The notes under the pieces were generated by a model that ran no database searches, was not told where the DNA came from, and saw only the letters and a program-made list of their open reading frames with translations. This document shows, piece by piece, positions 8,587 through 18,326 of a stretch of DNA of 64,000 bases. Origin of the DNA: Turneriella sp. (GTDB taxonomy: Bacteria; Spirochaetota; Leptospiria; Turneriellales; Turneriellaceae). The DNA lies in NCBI GenBank assembly GCA_965279515.1, contig CBDIID010000003.1, positions 4,608,001 through 4,672,000 on the forward strand, given 5' to 3'. The stretch's first letter is position 1. Each line of letters begins with the position of its first letter. A program made the position numbers and the translations under genes.

Positions 8587-9283
8587 ATTTTTAGGCTTCT
8601 TCCCGGCAATCACGAACAGGCTGAATACCTTCCTGGCTTGGCTGAGTGTGCCGCTGAACCGTTTTCGTTTTCTCACCCTCTTGTTGGTCGTCGATTTTAT
8701 GGCCTTTATGTCGCTGACCAAAAGCAGTTATCTGCAGCTGTTGAACCCGGTCGCATTTCTATCCGTACCGCGCGCTGAAAGCTACCAGACATTGGAACTC
8801 TATTTCCCGCGCTCGCTGTCGCTGACCGGTGTCGAGAAAATCTACGCCGAAGACGAGGCCGTGCCCTCGACGGGGCTGGGTGATGCAAAACAGCCGGCCG
8901 CCGCGCCGAAAGAAGCTGCCAAGGTGCTCGACGATGCGGCTATCCAGGCCGAGGTCATCCTTATTAAAAAACGTTCCGCAAAACCTCTGGCCAAGGTCGA
9001 TACGCTCGAGCTGAGCCCCGCTGAAGCCGCCGCGCGCCGCATCATCTATGAACTCGTTGCAGGCCCCGCGGGTGAGCGTGGGTCATTGAAGGCGCGCAAC
9101 CTTTTGAAAGAAAAAATTTTCCTGCGCGCGCTCTGGACCTACCAGGGCAAACTCTACATCTCGACCGAAAAAGCCGCGTGGGAAAAAATGTCGCCCAACG
9201 AACAAAAAGTGACCGAATATTGCATTCTGGAATCACTCAAGAAAAATCTTCCCGCTGAAAAATTTGCTCTACTAAGAGAATAA
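8561..9283 (+). CDS. Membrane-anchored hypothetical protein, possibly GerMN-like
   Basis: N-terminal TM, LYFP and AARRIIYELVAGP motifs; overlaps the amidase 3' end. Confidence 0.55.
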   Translation: MNFQKLKNKFLGFFPAITNRLNTFLAWLSVPLNRFRFLTLLLVVDFMAFMSLTKSSYLQLLNPVAFLSVPRAESYQTLELYFPRSLSLTGVEKIYAEDEAVPSTGLGDAKQPAAAPKEAAKVLDDAAIQAEVILIKKRSAKPLAKVDTLELSPAEAAARRIIYELVAGPAGERGSLKARNLLKEKIFLRALWTYQGKLYISTEKAAWEKMSPNEQKVTEYCILESLKKNLPAEKFALLRE

Positions 9284-9284
9284 T

Positions 9285-10115
9285 ATGTCACAGATTACGC
9301 CCCAGGAAATTGAAGGCGCCGCAAATTTTTTGCGCGCCAAGGTGAACTTCCCGCTGCAACTCGGTATCATCCTGGGTTCGGGGCTCTCGGGCCTCGCCGA
9401 CCGCGCTGAGAAAAGCGTCGCGGTTCCGTACGGTATGGTGCCGCATTTTCCGCAGTCAACCGTCGAAGGCCATAGCGGAAAATTTGTCGGCGGTTTTATC
9501 GAAGACACCTCGGTGCTGATGATGCAGGGCCGTGTGCACTTTTACGAAGGATATACGATGCCGCAGGTGGCGATGGGCGTGCGCCTCATGGCCGCGCTCG
9601 GCGTAAGAACCCTCATTGTCACCAACGCCGCCGGCGCTGTGAATACCAATTATACTCCCGGGGATTTCATGCTGATTCAGGATCACCTGAACTTCATGGG
9701 GGTAAATCCCCTCATCGGCAAACACTATAGCGAGTGGGGCGAACGTTTTGTCGACCAGAGCGATACCTATTCTCCCGAACTCATGGCGCGCGCCCGTGGG
9801 GTTGCCAAGGCATATAACGTAACGCTGCGCGAAGGCGTCTATGCGGGCCTCACAGGCCCCACCTATGAAACTCCGGCGGAGATCCGCATGTTACGCACCA
9901 TGGGGGCCGATGCCTGCGGCATGAGCACCGTGCCTGAAGCGATTGTTGCCCGCCAGTGCGGTATGCGCGTCCTGGGTCTGAGTATCATCACCAATATGGG
10001 TGCGGGAATGGCATCGCCTCTGCACCACAGTGAAGTGGTTGAAATTGCCGAAAAGCGCAAGACCGATTTCCAGAACCTGCTTTCCGGCATCATCAAAACC
10101 ATAAACGCCGAGTAG
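9285..10115 (+). CDS. punA: Purine-nucleoside phosphorylase (trimeric type)
   Basis: GIILGSGL, GRVHFYEGY, TNAAG, GPTYETPAE, GMSTVPE. Confidence 0.95.
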   Translation: MSQITPQEIEGAANFLRAKVNFPLQLGIILGSGLSGLADRAEKSVAVPYGMVPHFPQSTVEGHSGKFVGGFIEDTSVLMMQGRVHFYEGYTMPQVAMGVRLMAALGVRTLIVTNAAGAVNTNYTPGDFMLIQDHLNFMGVNPLIGKHYSEWGERFVDQSDTYSPELMARARGVAKAYNVTLREGVYAGLTGPTYETPAEIRMLRTMGADACGMSTVPEAIVARQCGMRVLGLSIITNMGAGMASPLHHSEVVEIAEKRKTDFQNLLSGIIKTINAE

Positions 10116-10127
10116 CAGCTTCTCTTA

Positions 10128-10330
10128 GAACCTATCTCAGCAGCCTTTAGGCTTGGCGTTTCTACGAAACGCCCAGATCGAGGCGCGATCTTCGATAACC
10201 TGACACTGCTTCAAAAAACAGAAATCCTCGCCATTTCGCGGAGCGAAATGGCTGCTGAAGCGGCGAAGACGCCTGCTTTCTGCTTTTTGAAGCTCGATAA
10301 TTGTGCGCCTCGATCTACTGAGATAGGTTC
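10128..10330. mobile_element. 203-bp MITE (non-autonomous, IS5-like ends)
   Basis: 13-bp perfect TIRs GAACCTATCTCAG / CTGAGATAGGTTC, flanked on both sides by TTA (10125-10127 and 10331-10333); nested internal inverted repeats; no transposase. Confidence 0.8.
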
Positions 10331-10378
10331 TTAGTCTTTTGATTTACGCCCTTTTCGGGATTCTGTGGATGAGTCTAT

Positions 10379-11704
10379 ATGCATCCTGCGAAGGCGCGTT
10401 CTCCTCATCCCAAAGAACACCGGATAGTTCTGAGTTATTTCCATAAAGAAAACTCGCACACCCTGAAAGTTTACGAAGCCGAAGGCGGTTATGCGCAACT
10501 GAAGCGCATCGGGCGCGATGAAAAAGAAAAATGGAATCCGAACGCGATCATAGACGAAGTCAAAAAATCCAACCTGCGCGGCCGCGGTGGTGCGGGTTTT
10601 GCCACCGGTATGAAGTGGTCGTTTGTACCCAAAGACAATGCCGAACCGAAATACGTCGTCTGCAATGCCGATGAATCCGAACCCGGTACTTTTAAAGACC
10701 GTTTCATGCTCGAAGAAATTCCGCATTCGATTATCGAGGGCATGATCATCGCGGGCCTCGCGCTCAACAGCGAGCAGGGGTATATCTATATCCGCGGCGA
10801 GTTCTACCAGGGTTGGGAGCGCATGGAAGCGGCGCTTGCGGAAGCTTACGCAGCCGGTTATCTGGGCGACAATATTCTCGGCACGGGCCGTAAATTTCAC
10901 CTCGCCACATACCGCGGCGCCGGCGCTTACATCTGCGGCGAAGAGACCGCGCTGCTCGAAAGTTTAGAGGGCAAACGCGGCCATCCCCGCCTCAAACCTC
11001 CTTTCCCTGCTTTCAAAGGCCTCTATGCTTCACCGACTGTTGTGAACAATGTCGAGACATTCGCAACCGTTCCGGCGATTTTCCGCCTCGGCGGCGAGAC
11101 CTATGCAAAACTCTGCAAGGGCAATGAAAAATCCGGCGGCACAAAGGTGTTTTCGATTTCAGGTCACGTGCAAAATCCCGGTGTGTATGAAATCCCACTG
11201 GGGCTGCCGCTCTCCGAAGTGATTGAAATTGCAGGGGGACTCAAACCGGGGCGGACACTCAAGGCTGTGATTCCCGGCGGCAGTTCAACGCCGATACTGA
11301 CGCCCGCCGAAGTAGAGAAGGCCATTTTTGATTACGAGGGTATGGCGGCGGTGGGTACCTTTCTGGGGTCGGGCGGCCTCATGGTGCTCGACGATACCAC
11401 AGACATGGTCGAGCTCACTTACCGTGTGGCGCACTTCTATGGTCATGAAAGCTGCGGGCAGTGTACTCCCTGCCGCGAAGGCAGCCGCTGGGTTGCCGAC
11501 GTGGTGCACCGGGTGCGCGATAACCATGCGCAGGTCGACGACCTCGATACGCTTTTGAGCTTCGCCGGTAACATGGGCAATGGCACGACGATCTGTCCGT
11601 TTTCAGATGCAGTCGTGATGGGTGTTACGCCCATCATCAAAAAATTCCGCGCCGATTTCGTCAGCCGCATTACCGCGGGCAAGGAATCCACTCATGTTCA
11701 GTAA
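10379..11704 (+). CDS. nuoF: NADH-quinone oxidoreductase subunit F
   Basis: LRGRGGAGF, NADESEPGTFKDR, YICGEETALLESLEG, N3 cluster motif ESCGQCTPCREG...TIC. Confidence 0.95.
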   Translation: MHPAKARSPHPKEHRIVLSYFHKENSHTLKVYEAEGGYAQLKRIGRDEKEKWNPNAIIDEVKKSNLRGRGGAGFATGMKWSFVPKDNAEPKYVVCNADESEPGTFKDRFMLEEIPHSIIEGMIIAGLALNSEQGYIYIRGEFYQGWERMEAALAEAYAAGYLGDNILGTGRKFHLATYRGAGAYICGEETALLESLEGKRGHPRLKPPFPAFKGLYASPTVVNNVETFATVPAIFRLGGETYAKLCKGNEKSGGTKVFSISGHVQNPGVYEIPLGLPLSEVIEIAGGLKPGRTLKAVIPGGSSTPILTPAEVEKAIFDYEGMAAVGTFLGSGGLMVLDDTTDMVELTYRVAHFYGHESCGQCTPCREGSRWVADVVHRVRDNHAQVDDLDTLLSFAGNMGNGTTICPFSDAVVMGVTPIIKKFRADFVSRITAGKESTHVQ

Positions 11705-13526
11705 AATACGCGGAATATATAATTCGATTTTTACCACCATCCGCGCGAAGCTGATCGCGATTATTTCGCTGATCGTTCTCGCGAGCGTGTTGCTTTTTAC
11801 CGGGATTTCACTCAACATGTTCCAGTCGAGCATGTCTGAGATGGTGAAGCTCAACAACGGTAACAACGCCAAAATGCTTTCCGATAAAGTCGAGGGCGAA
11901 CTTAAGGGCAATGCTGAGCAGCTGCGCCTTCTGAGTTCCCTGTCGCGACAAAGCAGCTCGGTGATGAATGCGTATTTTAAAGATGACAGCGATTTTCTTC
12001 TCGTCGCCGACTTTGCCTCGCTGGATTCCGAGCCTTCTAAAATCTACTACCGCGAAGAAAAACTCGATCGCCTGAATCTCACGGTTTCGTCGCTGACCAC
12101 TTTTCTGAAATTCACCGCCGCAGATGCGAAACAGATCCGCGAAGGCAAAACCATCATCAGGGCGCTGACCTCGCCGCGGCAAAACGTCTGGCTCTATGTC
12201 GTGCCCGTCAGGGAAAAAGGCAGCGAGCATGGCATTGCCGCAATCATGAACGGCGACTCGCTTTCGGCCCTGTTTTCTGCGGTTAAATCGAAAGGAACAT
12301 CGTCTTCTCTTTACAGCGCGATGCTCGTCGACGCCGAAAAAAAGCTCGTCGCGCATTCGGATAACCGTAAGTACAAGGCATCGCAGAATATGGCCGATCA
12401 CCCGGCCGTTGACATCGCCTTCAAGAAATTTGCGCAGAATGTCGTGACCGGGGTGCAGCGTTATTCGCTCAACGACACCAACGAATATGGCAGCTACCGG
12501 AAACTGGCTTTCGGCGGTGCCGGCCTGATTACCACGGTGAACGAAGATATCGCCCTCGAAGGGGTACGTTGGGCGCGTATCCTGACTATTTTGCTGGCAT
12601 TTCTGATCATCACCATTGCCATTCTGTTCATCTACTTCTTTGCCCGCACAATTTCTGACCCCCTGAAGCGGCTCGTTGGCGCCACACAAACCATCCGCGG
12701 CGGAAACTACGATGTCAAACTCGAAAATTCATCGCGCGACGAGACGGGTGAACTGACAAATGCCTTTAATGAAATGGCGGCGGGCCTTAAGGAACGCGAG
12801 CATCTCAAAGGTGCTTTCGGTAAATTCGTCAACGAAGAGGTGGCGAAGATGGTTATGCGCGGCGATCTCGCGCTTGGCGGTGAATCCAAAACAGCGACGG
12901 TATTTTTCTCTGATATCCGCTCGTTTACCTCGATTTCTGAAAAACTTACGCCACACGAAGTTGTCGGTTTTCTCAACGAATACATGACGCTGATGGTCGA
13001 GATTGTGCATAAACACCACGGTGTTGTCGATAAATTCATCGGCGATGCTATCATGGCGATCTGGGGAGCGCCCGTGACGCGGCCCAATGATGTGGAAAAT
13101 GCGCTCAACGCGACGCTCGAGATGCGCGCCGCGCTGCAGAAGTTTAATGTCGGCCGCGGCAGTAAAAGTAAACCCATCATCCGTATTGGCATGGGGCTCA
13201 ATACCGGTGACCTGCTCGCGGGTCAGATCGGTTCGAATGACAGGCTTGAATATACCGTGATCGGCGATACGGTTAACCTCGCCTCGCGGATTGAAGGCCT
13301 CAATAAAACCTTTGGTACCGACATCCTGATCAGCGAGAACACCTATGAACTCGTGAAGAAAAACTACAGCTGCCTTCAGCTCGAAAAGATCAAAGTGAAA
13401 GGTAAAGACGAAGCGCAGCGCGTCTATGCGGTATTAGGCAAAGCGGGAGATCCCAAAGCGCCGAAATCTTTGGCCGAACTGCATAAACTGATCGACCTCT
13501 ATCCGCAGAAAAAAACGACCAAATAG
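11694..13526 (+). CDS. Membrane class III adenylate cyclase (periplasmic sensor + HAMP)
   Basis: Two TM helices, HAMP (DETGELTNAFNEM), FSDIRSFT, DKFIGDAIMA, YTVIGDTVNLASRIEG. ATG 11694 follows AAGGA and overlaps the nuoF end. Confidence 0.92.
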   Translation: MFSKIRGIYNSIFTTIRAKLIAIISLIVLASVLLFTGISLNMFQSSMSEMVKLNNGNNAKMLSDKVEGELKGNAEQLRLLSSLSRQSSSVMNAYFKDDSDFLLVADFASLDSEPSKIYYREEKLDRLNLTVSSLTTFLKFTAADAKQIREGKTIIRALTSPRQNVWLYVVPVREKGSEHGIAAIMNGDSLSALFSAVKSKGTSSSLYSAMLVDAEKKLVAHSDNRKYKASQNMADHPAVDIAFKKFAQNVVTGVQRYSLNDTNEYGSYRKLAFGGAGLITTVNEDIALEGVRWARILTILLAFLIITIAILFIYFFARTISDPLKRLVGATQTIRGGNYDVKLENSSRDETGELTNAFNEMAAGLKEREHLKGAFGKFVNEEVAKMVMRGDLALGGESKTATVFFSDIRSFTSISEKLTPHEVVGFLNEYMTLMVEIVHKHHGVVDKFIGDAIMAIWGAPVTRPNDVENALNATLEMRAALQKFNVGRGSKSKPIIRIGMGLNTGDLLAGQIGSNDRLEYTVIGDTVNLASRIEGLNKTFGTDILISENTYELVKKNYSCLQLEKIKVKGKDEAQRVYAVLGKAGDPKAPKSLAELHKLIDLYPQKKTTK

Positions 13527-13532
13527 GAAAAT

Positions 13533-15074
13533 ATGAAACTAAGCCGTCGCGATAAAGTCGTTACCGTCATTCTGATTGTAGTCATGCTGATACTGATCTA
13601 TATCATGCAGTGCCACTGGCGCAACCGTTTTGGTTCGCGCGGCGAATCTAAACCTGTGGGCCATGTCGAATACAAATACCACCAGGTACAGCGTAAGTTT
13701 TCTGACCGTATGCTGTGGGAAGATGTCGAATCCAAATCGGCGATCTATGCCTATGACTGGGTCATGACGAAAGATAAATCCGATGCGCGGATTACCCTCA
13801 ATAACGGCATGAAGGTCGATATGGACCCGGAGTCGATGGTCGAGATCGATGAAACCCGCGACGGCGTGGGGCTCACGCTGCGCGACGGCACGATCCGCGC
13901 CGACACGCGTACATCGAAGAACGGCAGCATTACCGCTGCAGATGGCACAAAAATCGATCTGTCAGGCGCCGATGCCCAGATTACCACCGACGGGAAAAAC
14001 GTATCTGTGGATGTGAAAGAGGGCAGTGCTACGCTCAAGAACCGCGACAAGGAATCGAAAGTCGGTGCGGGTGAAATCGGCAATGTCAACACCTCGGGTT
14101 TCAGCAAAGAAAAGACGTCGATTATTCTCCGCTCTCCCGCACAGGGTGCCGTTCAGGAGAGTGCATCCGCACCGGTCAATTTTGCCTTCGATGCGCCGCC
14201 GGGGTCTGACAATTGCAAAATTTCACTCTCGGGAAATAAGGCCAAAAGGCTGCTTGCCGTAAGCGGTGGTTCGCGCAGCGAGCGGCTCGCAGACGGCACG
14301 TACAAATGGCGTGTGACCTGCAATCAGAAAGGCCAGGCGGTCTCTTCACCCACAGGGACATTCCGTGTCCGGCCCACTGCAAATTTCGCACTCGTGTCTC
14401 CTTCTCCGGGGCAGGTCGTCTATGCCAATCAAACTGAGAACCTGGCGCTGCGCTGGCGCAGCAATGGCCCTGTCAAAGCCGAGCTTTCGCGCAGTGCTGA
14501 TTTTTCAAGTCCGGTCAAAGCCAGCGAGACGGGCGGGCAGAGCCTTGCGGTGCCCAACCTGAAGCCGGGAAAATATTACTGGCGTGTCTATCCTGCGGGT
14601 GACAGGGCGCAGGCGCTATCTTCCTCTTTCACAGTTTCTGAGAAGGGCGAACTTCTGGCTGAAAACACCGATAAGAATAATCAGACCGGGAAAAAGAACA
14701 AGTCAGAAAAGACCGAAAAAGCGGAAAAGCCAGAGAACTTCCGCATCACTGCGCGGGCAGAATCCCGGGTGAATATGGAGCCGGATGCAAAGACGGCGGG
14801 TGTACGCATTTCGTGGACACCTGTCAACAAGAAGCACCAGTATCGCGTACGCATCGCAGATAGTAAGGATTTTTCCGGAGAGCTGGTGACGCGCGACGTA
14901 ACGGGAAAAGGCCAGGCCACAGTGCCGCTGGCTCCCGGTGAATATTTCTACCGCGTAGACGTCCGGAAAGGAGCGGGAACCAGGCCCATGGCTTCGACCT
15001 TACCGCAAAAAATTACCGTGACGAAAAAGAAACTGCCGCCACCACCGCGCGTCAAATCTGTGCAGGCCGATTAA
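13533..15074 (+). CDS. FecR-domain protein with C-terminal Ig/Fn3-like repeats
   Basis: N-terminal TM; FecR-like SDARITL...MDPESMVEI and VDVKEG; repeated GxY(K/Y)WRV and GEYFYRV beta-sandwich motifs. Confidence 0.75.
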   Translation: MKLSRRDKVVTVILIVVMLILIYIMQCHWRNRFGSRGESKPVGHVEYKYHQVQRKFSDRMLWEDVESKSAIYAYDWVMTKDKSDARITLNNGMKVDMDPESMVEIDETRDGVGLTLRDGTIRADTRTSKNGSITAADGTKIDLSGADAQITTDGKNVSVDVKEGSATLKNRDKESKVGAGEIGNVNTSGFSKEKTSIILRSPAQGAVQESASAPVNFAFDAPPGSDNCKISLSGNKAKRLLAVSGGSRSERLADGTYKWRVTCNQKGQAVSSPTGTFRVRPTANFALVSPSPGQVVYANQTENLALRWRSNGPVKAELSRSADFSSPVKASETGGQSLAVPNLKPGKYYWRVYPAGDRAQALSSSFTVSEKGELLAENTDKNNQTGKKNKSEKTEKAEKPENFRITARAESRVNMEPDAKTAGVRISWTPVNKKHQYRVRIADSKDFSGELVTRDVTGKGQATVPLAPGEYFYRVDVRKGAGTRPMASTLPQKITVTKKKLPPPPRVKSVQAD

Positions 15075-15131
15075 GCTTCCGGTACAGCCCGTTTTTTCTT
15101 GACCACATTGCCGTCAAAGCCAGCTGTACTT

Positions 15132-15911
15132 ATGAAGTTTAAATACGTTCTGCTGGCCGGTTGCCTGGCAGCAATCTCTTGCGGCAAGAGTTATGAAGAA
15201 TTGCTGCAGCATGGTACCGAACAGCGCAAAGCACAGAAATGGGCCGATGCGAAACAAACGCTCTTTGCTGCGGCGGAAAAAAAGCAAACGGCCGAGGTCT
15301 ATAAAGAACTGGGGAATGTCTTTCTGCTCGGTGAACAGAACCTGGGTGAAGCGGAGGGTTATTATAAAAAGGCCCTGGGGGTTGACCCCACCTATATCAA
15401 CGCCGAATTTAACATGGCGGTTGTAGCCCTAAAAAAATATGAAATGACGCTCGACGAAAGGGGTAAGGGCAATGAAGTTTTGCTCGATGATGCCGACAAA
15501 TGGTTCAAAAAGGTCTATGCGCAAAACCCGAATTTCGGCGTGGGCATTGAAGAGATGGCAAAATATTATTATTACCGAAGGGATTACAAAGCGGCGCTCG
15601 AGACCGCCCAAAAAGCCATCGCTGTGGATAACCGCAATTCGAATGCCTATTCGGTCATGGGCCAGATCTATTACAGCGGCATCAAGGATTTCAAACAGGC
15701 ATTTGAAAACTTTGAGCAGGCGCGATCTCTGAACAATAAAGATGCCGATATCGTCTATTTTCTCTGGGCGACGAGCGAGAAGCTCAAAAAAACCCAGGAT
15801 GCCGCACAATTCAAGACCCGCTATGAGCAGATGCTGAAACAAGAGGGTTTGGCTGGCGATCAGGCCAAAGACCGGGTCAAAAGGCTCGAAAATCAGCTCC
15901 GCGGGGGATAA
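15132..15911 (+). CDS. TPR lipoprotein
   Basis: MKFKYVLLAGCLAAIS-C lipobox and TPR repeats. Confidence 0.8.
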   Translation: MKFKYVLLAGCLAAISCGKSYEELLQHGTEQRKAQKWADAKQTLFAAAEKKQTAEVYKELGNVFLLGEQNLGEAEGYYKKALGVDPTYINAEFNMAVVALKKYEMTLDERGKGNEVLLDDADKWFKKVYAQNPNFGVGIEEMAKYYYYRRDYKAALETAQKAIAVDNRNSNAYSVMGQIYYSGIKDFKQAFENFEQARSLNNKDADIVYFLWATSEKLKKTQDAAQFKTRYEQMLKQEGLAGDQAKDRVKRLENQLRGG

Positions 15912-15962
15912 CTCCCACCGCTGGCCCGCAAGTTTGCCCTACGGGAAGGCCGATAAATAGCT

Positions 15963-18326
15963 GTGGGGTTGCTCTCCAAATCTCTTAAAAAGACCGGCCA
16001 GGAAAGAACTGCCAAACCCAAACCAGCGGAAAAAGCCGAAGAGAAACCATCGGTAGGCTGGCTGGGGCGCACCTTCAGCGAGCGCACCAGGGCTCTTACC
16101 GATAAAATCGACCTCGAATCGCAGTATGCACGCCTAGAGGCGCTGAGCCAGACGGGGGAAATTCCGCCCCCGCCCAAGGCTTCGCTGCGTGAACGCGCGA
16201 AAAGATTTCTGACGGGCCTTTCAACCCCCGGCAAACCCCAGATCGATGAACGGGTGGTGGATGAACGCCCGAAGCTGAGCCTCAGGCAGAAGGCCGCGAT
16301 GCTCATGCGCAAAATCGGCGGTTTTGGCGGTGAGGGCGGCGACGCGGGTGGCATGGCGGGAAAAGCCGAAACCGGTAGCGCGGGCGCTCCGCCCAAAAGC
16401 GGTGCGGATGCCCATCCGCTGGACGATGAACTTCCCGCGCCTGGTTTTTTCCCCTGGCATGCGCTTTCTGAAGAGGGCGCCTTGCAGTCTCACATCGCCT
16501 TCGGTGAAGAGCCGCACCCTGAACATTTTATGGTCACGGCAGAAAGCACGCCCGCGCCCGAAGCTGCCCTAATCCCTGAAGAAGCAAAATCGCCGCTCTC
16601 TGCCTTTGCGGAAACGATGGAGCGGATAACGGAGAATCTTAAGAACCTCCATGTGCAGTTAGATAGCCATTTGCCTGGCGGCCCTGGCCTGACAGGCGGT
16701 AATTTCATCCGCGATGTACAGGTCGAGCGCCCGCCCGCGCCGCCCGCTGCTGCGGACCAACCGCCGCTGATCAGCCACCATGTACCGATTGAAACTCAGG
16801 TGCAGGGCGCTGTCGCCGGTGCGGCGCCAGGCGGCATCCCGGGCGGTGGCGGTGGCGGAACTTTTATTTCTACCGGGGCAGGCCCGGCGGCTGCACCTCC
16901 CGGTGCCCAGGCAATGCCTGCACCGCAGGAAAAACCCAAGGATGTCTTCTGGCCGAAGGATCTACCCCTCGACATGCCGGCGCGCGATATCAAGTTGAAC
17001 GCCGACGGCAGCGTGTCTGTCGTTCCCGGCCCATTCCAGTTACCTTATCTCGCCGAAGATATCGCTCCGCCTGAGAGTGCAATTTCACATTTTACGCGCA
17101 ACCTGAAAAACGCGGAAACTTTTATCGGCGAAGGCGAGTTGCAGCTGACGCGCATTATCTACGAGCGCCTGCTGACAAAAATTGCCGACGAAGAAGCGCA
17201 GCGCAAGATCAAGGCCAACCTCGAGGCGCTCGACAACTACAAGAAGTCGCATGACTGGGGCAATTTTATGCCCGTACCGCCGTGGCAGCAGCCGCCCTGG
17301 GCCGGCAGAAACCCATGGCAGGATGTACCACCGCCACGTGTCAGCGTTTCCGAGATGCCGGTCGAGGCGAAGAATATTACCATCAATATGGATAAGGGCT
17401 TTTTTGAAATCGCCCGCTCCATATTTGAACTGAAGGACGCCATCCAGGAGAAAAAGGGTGAGGCTGGTGCCGGTGAGGGAGAGGAGGCCGCTGCAGAGGG
17501 TGAAGCGGGCGCCGATGCTGAAGGAGAAGACGCCGAGCGTCGCGGCGGTGCCGACCGCCGCCAGGGCGGTGTGGATCCGCGCGGCGAAGGTGCGCCTGAT
17601 CGCCGTAAGGGTGAGGGGCGAAGGGCCGAAGACGGCGGCGGCGGTGCGGCCGATGAGGCCGCCACACCCGAAGAAGCAGGTGAAGAAGAACTACGCACCG
17701 GCGAAGATCGCCGCAAGGGAGAACCTGATCCGCGCGGCGAGGGCGCTGAAGAGCGCCGCACTGGCCGGGACCGACGGGTCGACGAAGGCGACCGCCGTGA
17801 CGAAGGTTTTGAACAAAATGCGCCGCCACCGCCTTTAGCGGCAGATGGCCAGGGAGCTGCAGAAGAAGAGCCAACGGCCGACGGTGTCATGGAGCCGCCG
17901 AAAATTCCAGACATGTCGCCTGACGGGCAGGCAATGTCGCCTGGCGGCGGCGATGATGAGGGCGGCTCGGGCGAAGACAAAGAAGAAGAGAACAAGGTCC
18001 AGGAAATCCGCGGCGTTCTCGAGCTGAAGACGCCCGACCAGGAAGACACCCCCTTTCTCACGCTCACCTATGATTTTACCAAAATACCGCATGCCTACCG
18101 GCTCGCAAAAGACAACGGCATTTTCGAATACGCGTACTATAAATACAAACCGATGCTGGTCAAGGCGCACCAGTTCATCAAACGCAAGCAGATCACCCGT
18201 GCGCTCAACTACTACCGCGTGATCCGCGAACAACAGATTCCCACCGAGTTCCGGCACATGGTTGATCGCAATATCAAAGACATTACCGAGTATCTGCAGA
18301 AGTATCTCGTTACCCGGGCATCGTGA
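15963..18326 (+). CDS. Large low-complexity hypothetical protein with DRR repeats
   Basis: 787-aa ORF; Pro/Gly/Glu-rich; (E/D)RR repeats; ordered C-terminal domain; GTGA overlap with pilD. Confidence 0.7.
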   Translation: MGLLSKSLKKTGQERTAKPKPAEKAEEKPSVGWLGRTFSERTRALTDKIDLESQYARLEALSQTGEIPPPPKASLRERAKRFLTGLSTPGKPQIDERVVDERPKLSLRQKAAMLMRKIGGFGGEGGDAGGMAGKAETGSAGAPPKSGADAHPLDDELPAPGFFPWHALSEEGALQSHIAFGEEPHPEHFMVTAESTPAPEAALIPEEAKSPLSAFAETMERITENLKNLHVQLDSHLPGGPGLTGGNFIRDVQVERPPAPPAAADQPPLISHHVPIETQVQGAVAGAAPGGIPGGGGGGTFISTGAGPAAAPPGAQAMPAPQEKPKDVFWPKDLPLDMPARDIKLNADGSVSVVPGPFQLPYLAEDIAPPESAISHFTRNLKNAETFIGEGELQLTRIIYERLLTKIADEEAQRKIKANLEALDNYKKSHDWGNFMPVPPWQQPPWAGRNPWQDVPPPRVSVSEMPVEAKNITINMDKGFFEIARSIFELKDAIQEKKGEAGAGEGEEAAAEGEAGADAEGEDAERRGGADRRQGGVDPRGEGAPDRRKGEGRRAEDGGGGAADEAATPEEAGEEELRTGEDRRKGEPDPRGEGAEERRTGRDRRVDEGDRRDEGFEQNAPPPPLAADGQGAAEEEPTADGVMEPPKIPDMSPDGQAMSPGGGDDEGGSGEDKEEENKVQEIRGVLELKTPDQEDTPFLTLTYDFTKIPHAYRLAKDNGIFEYAYYKYKPMLVKAHQFIKRKQITRALNYYRVIREQQIPTEFRHMVDRNIKDITEYLQKYLVTRAS

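Noticed and set aside
11808..12689. Long antisense ORFs (this one, 17237-18067, 36821-37867 and others)
   Set aside because: No motifs; they mirror well-supported genes, as expected from codon bias.
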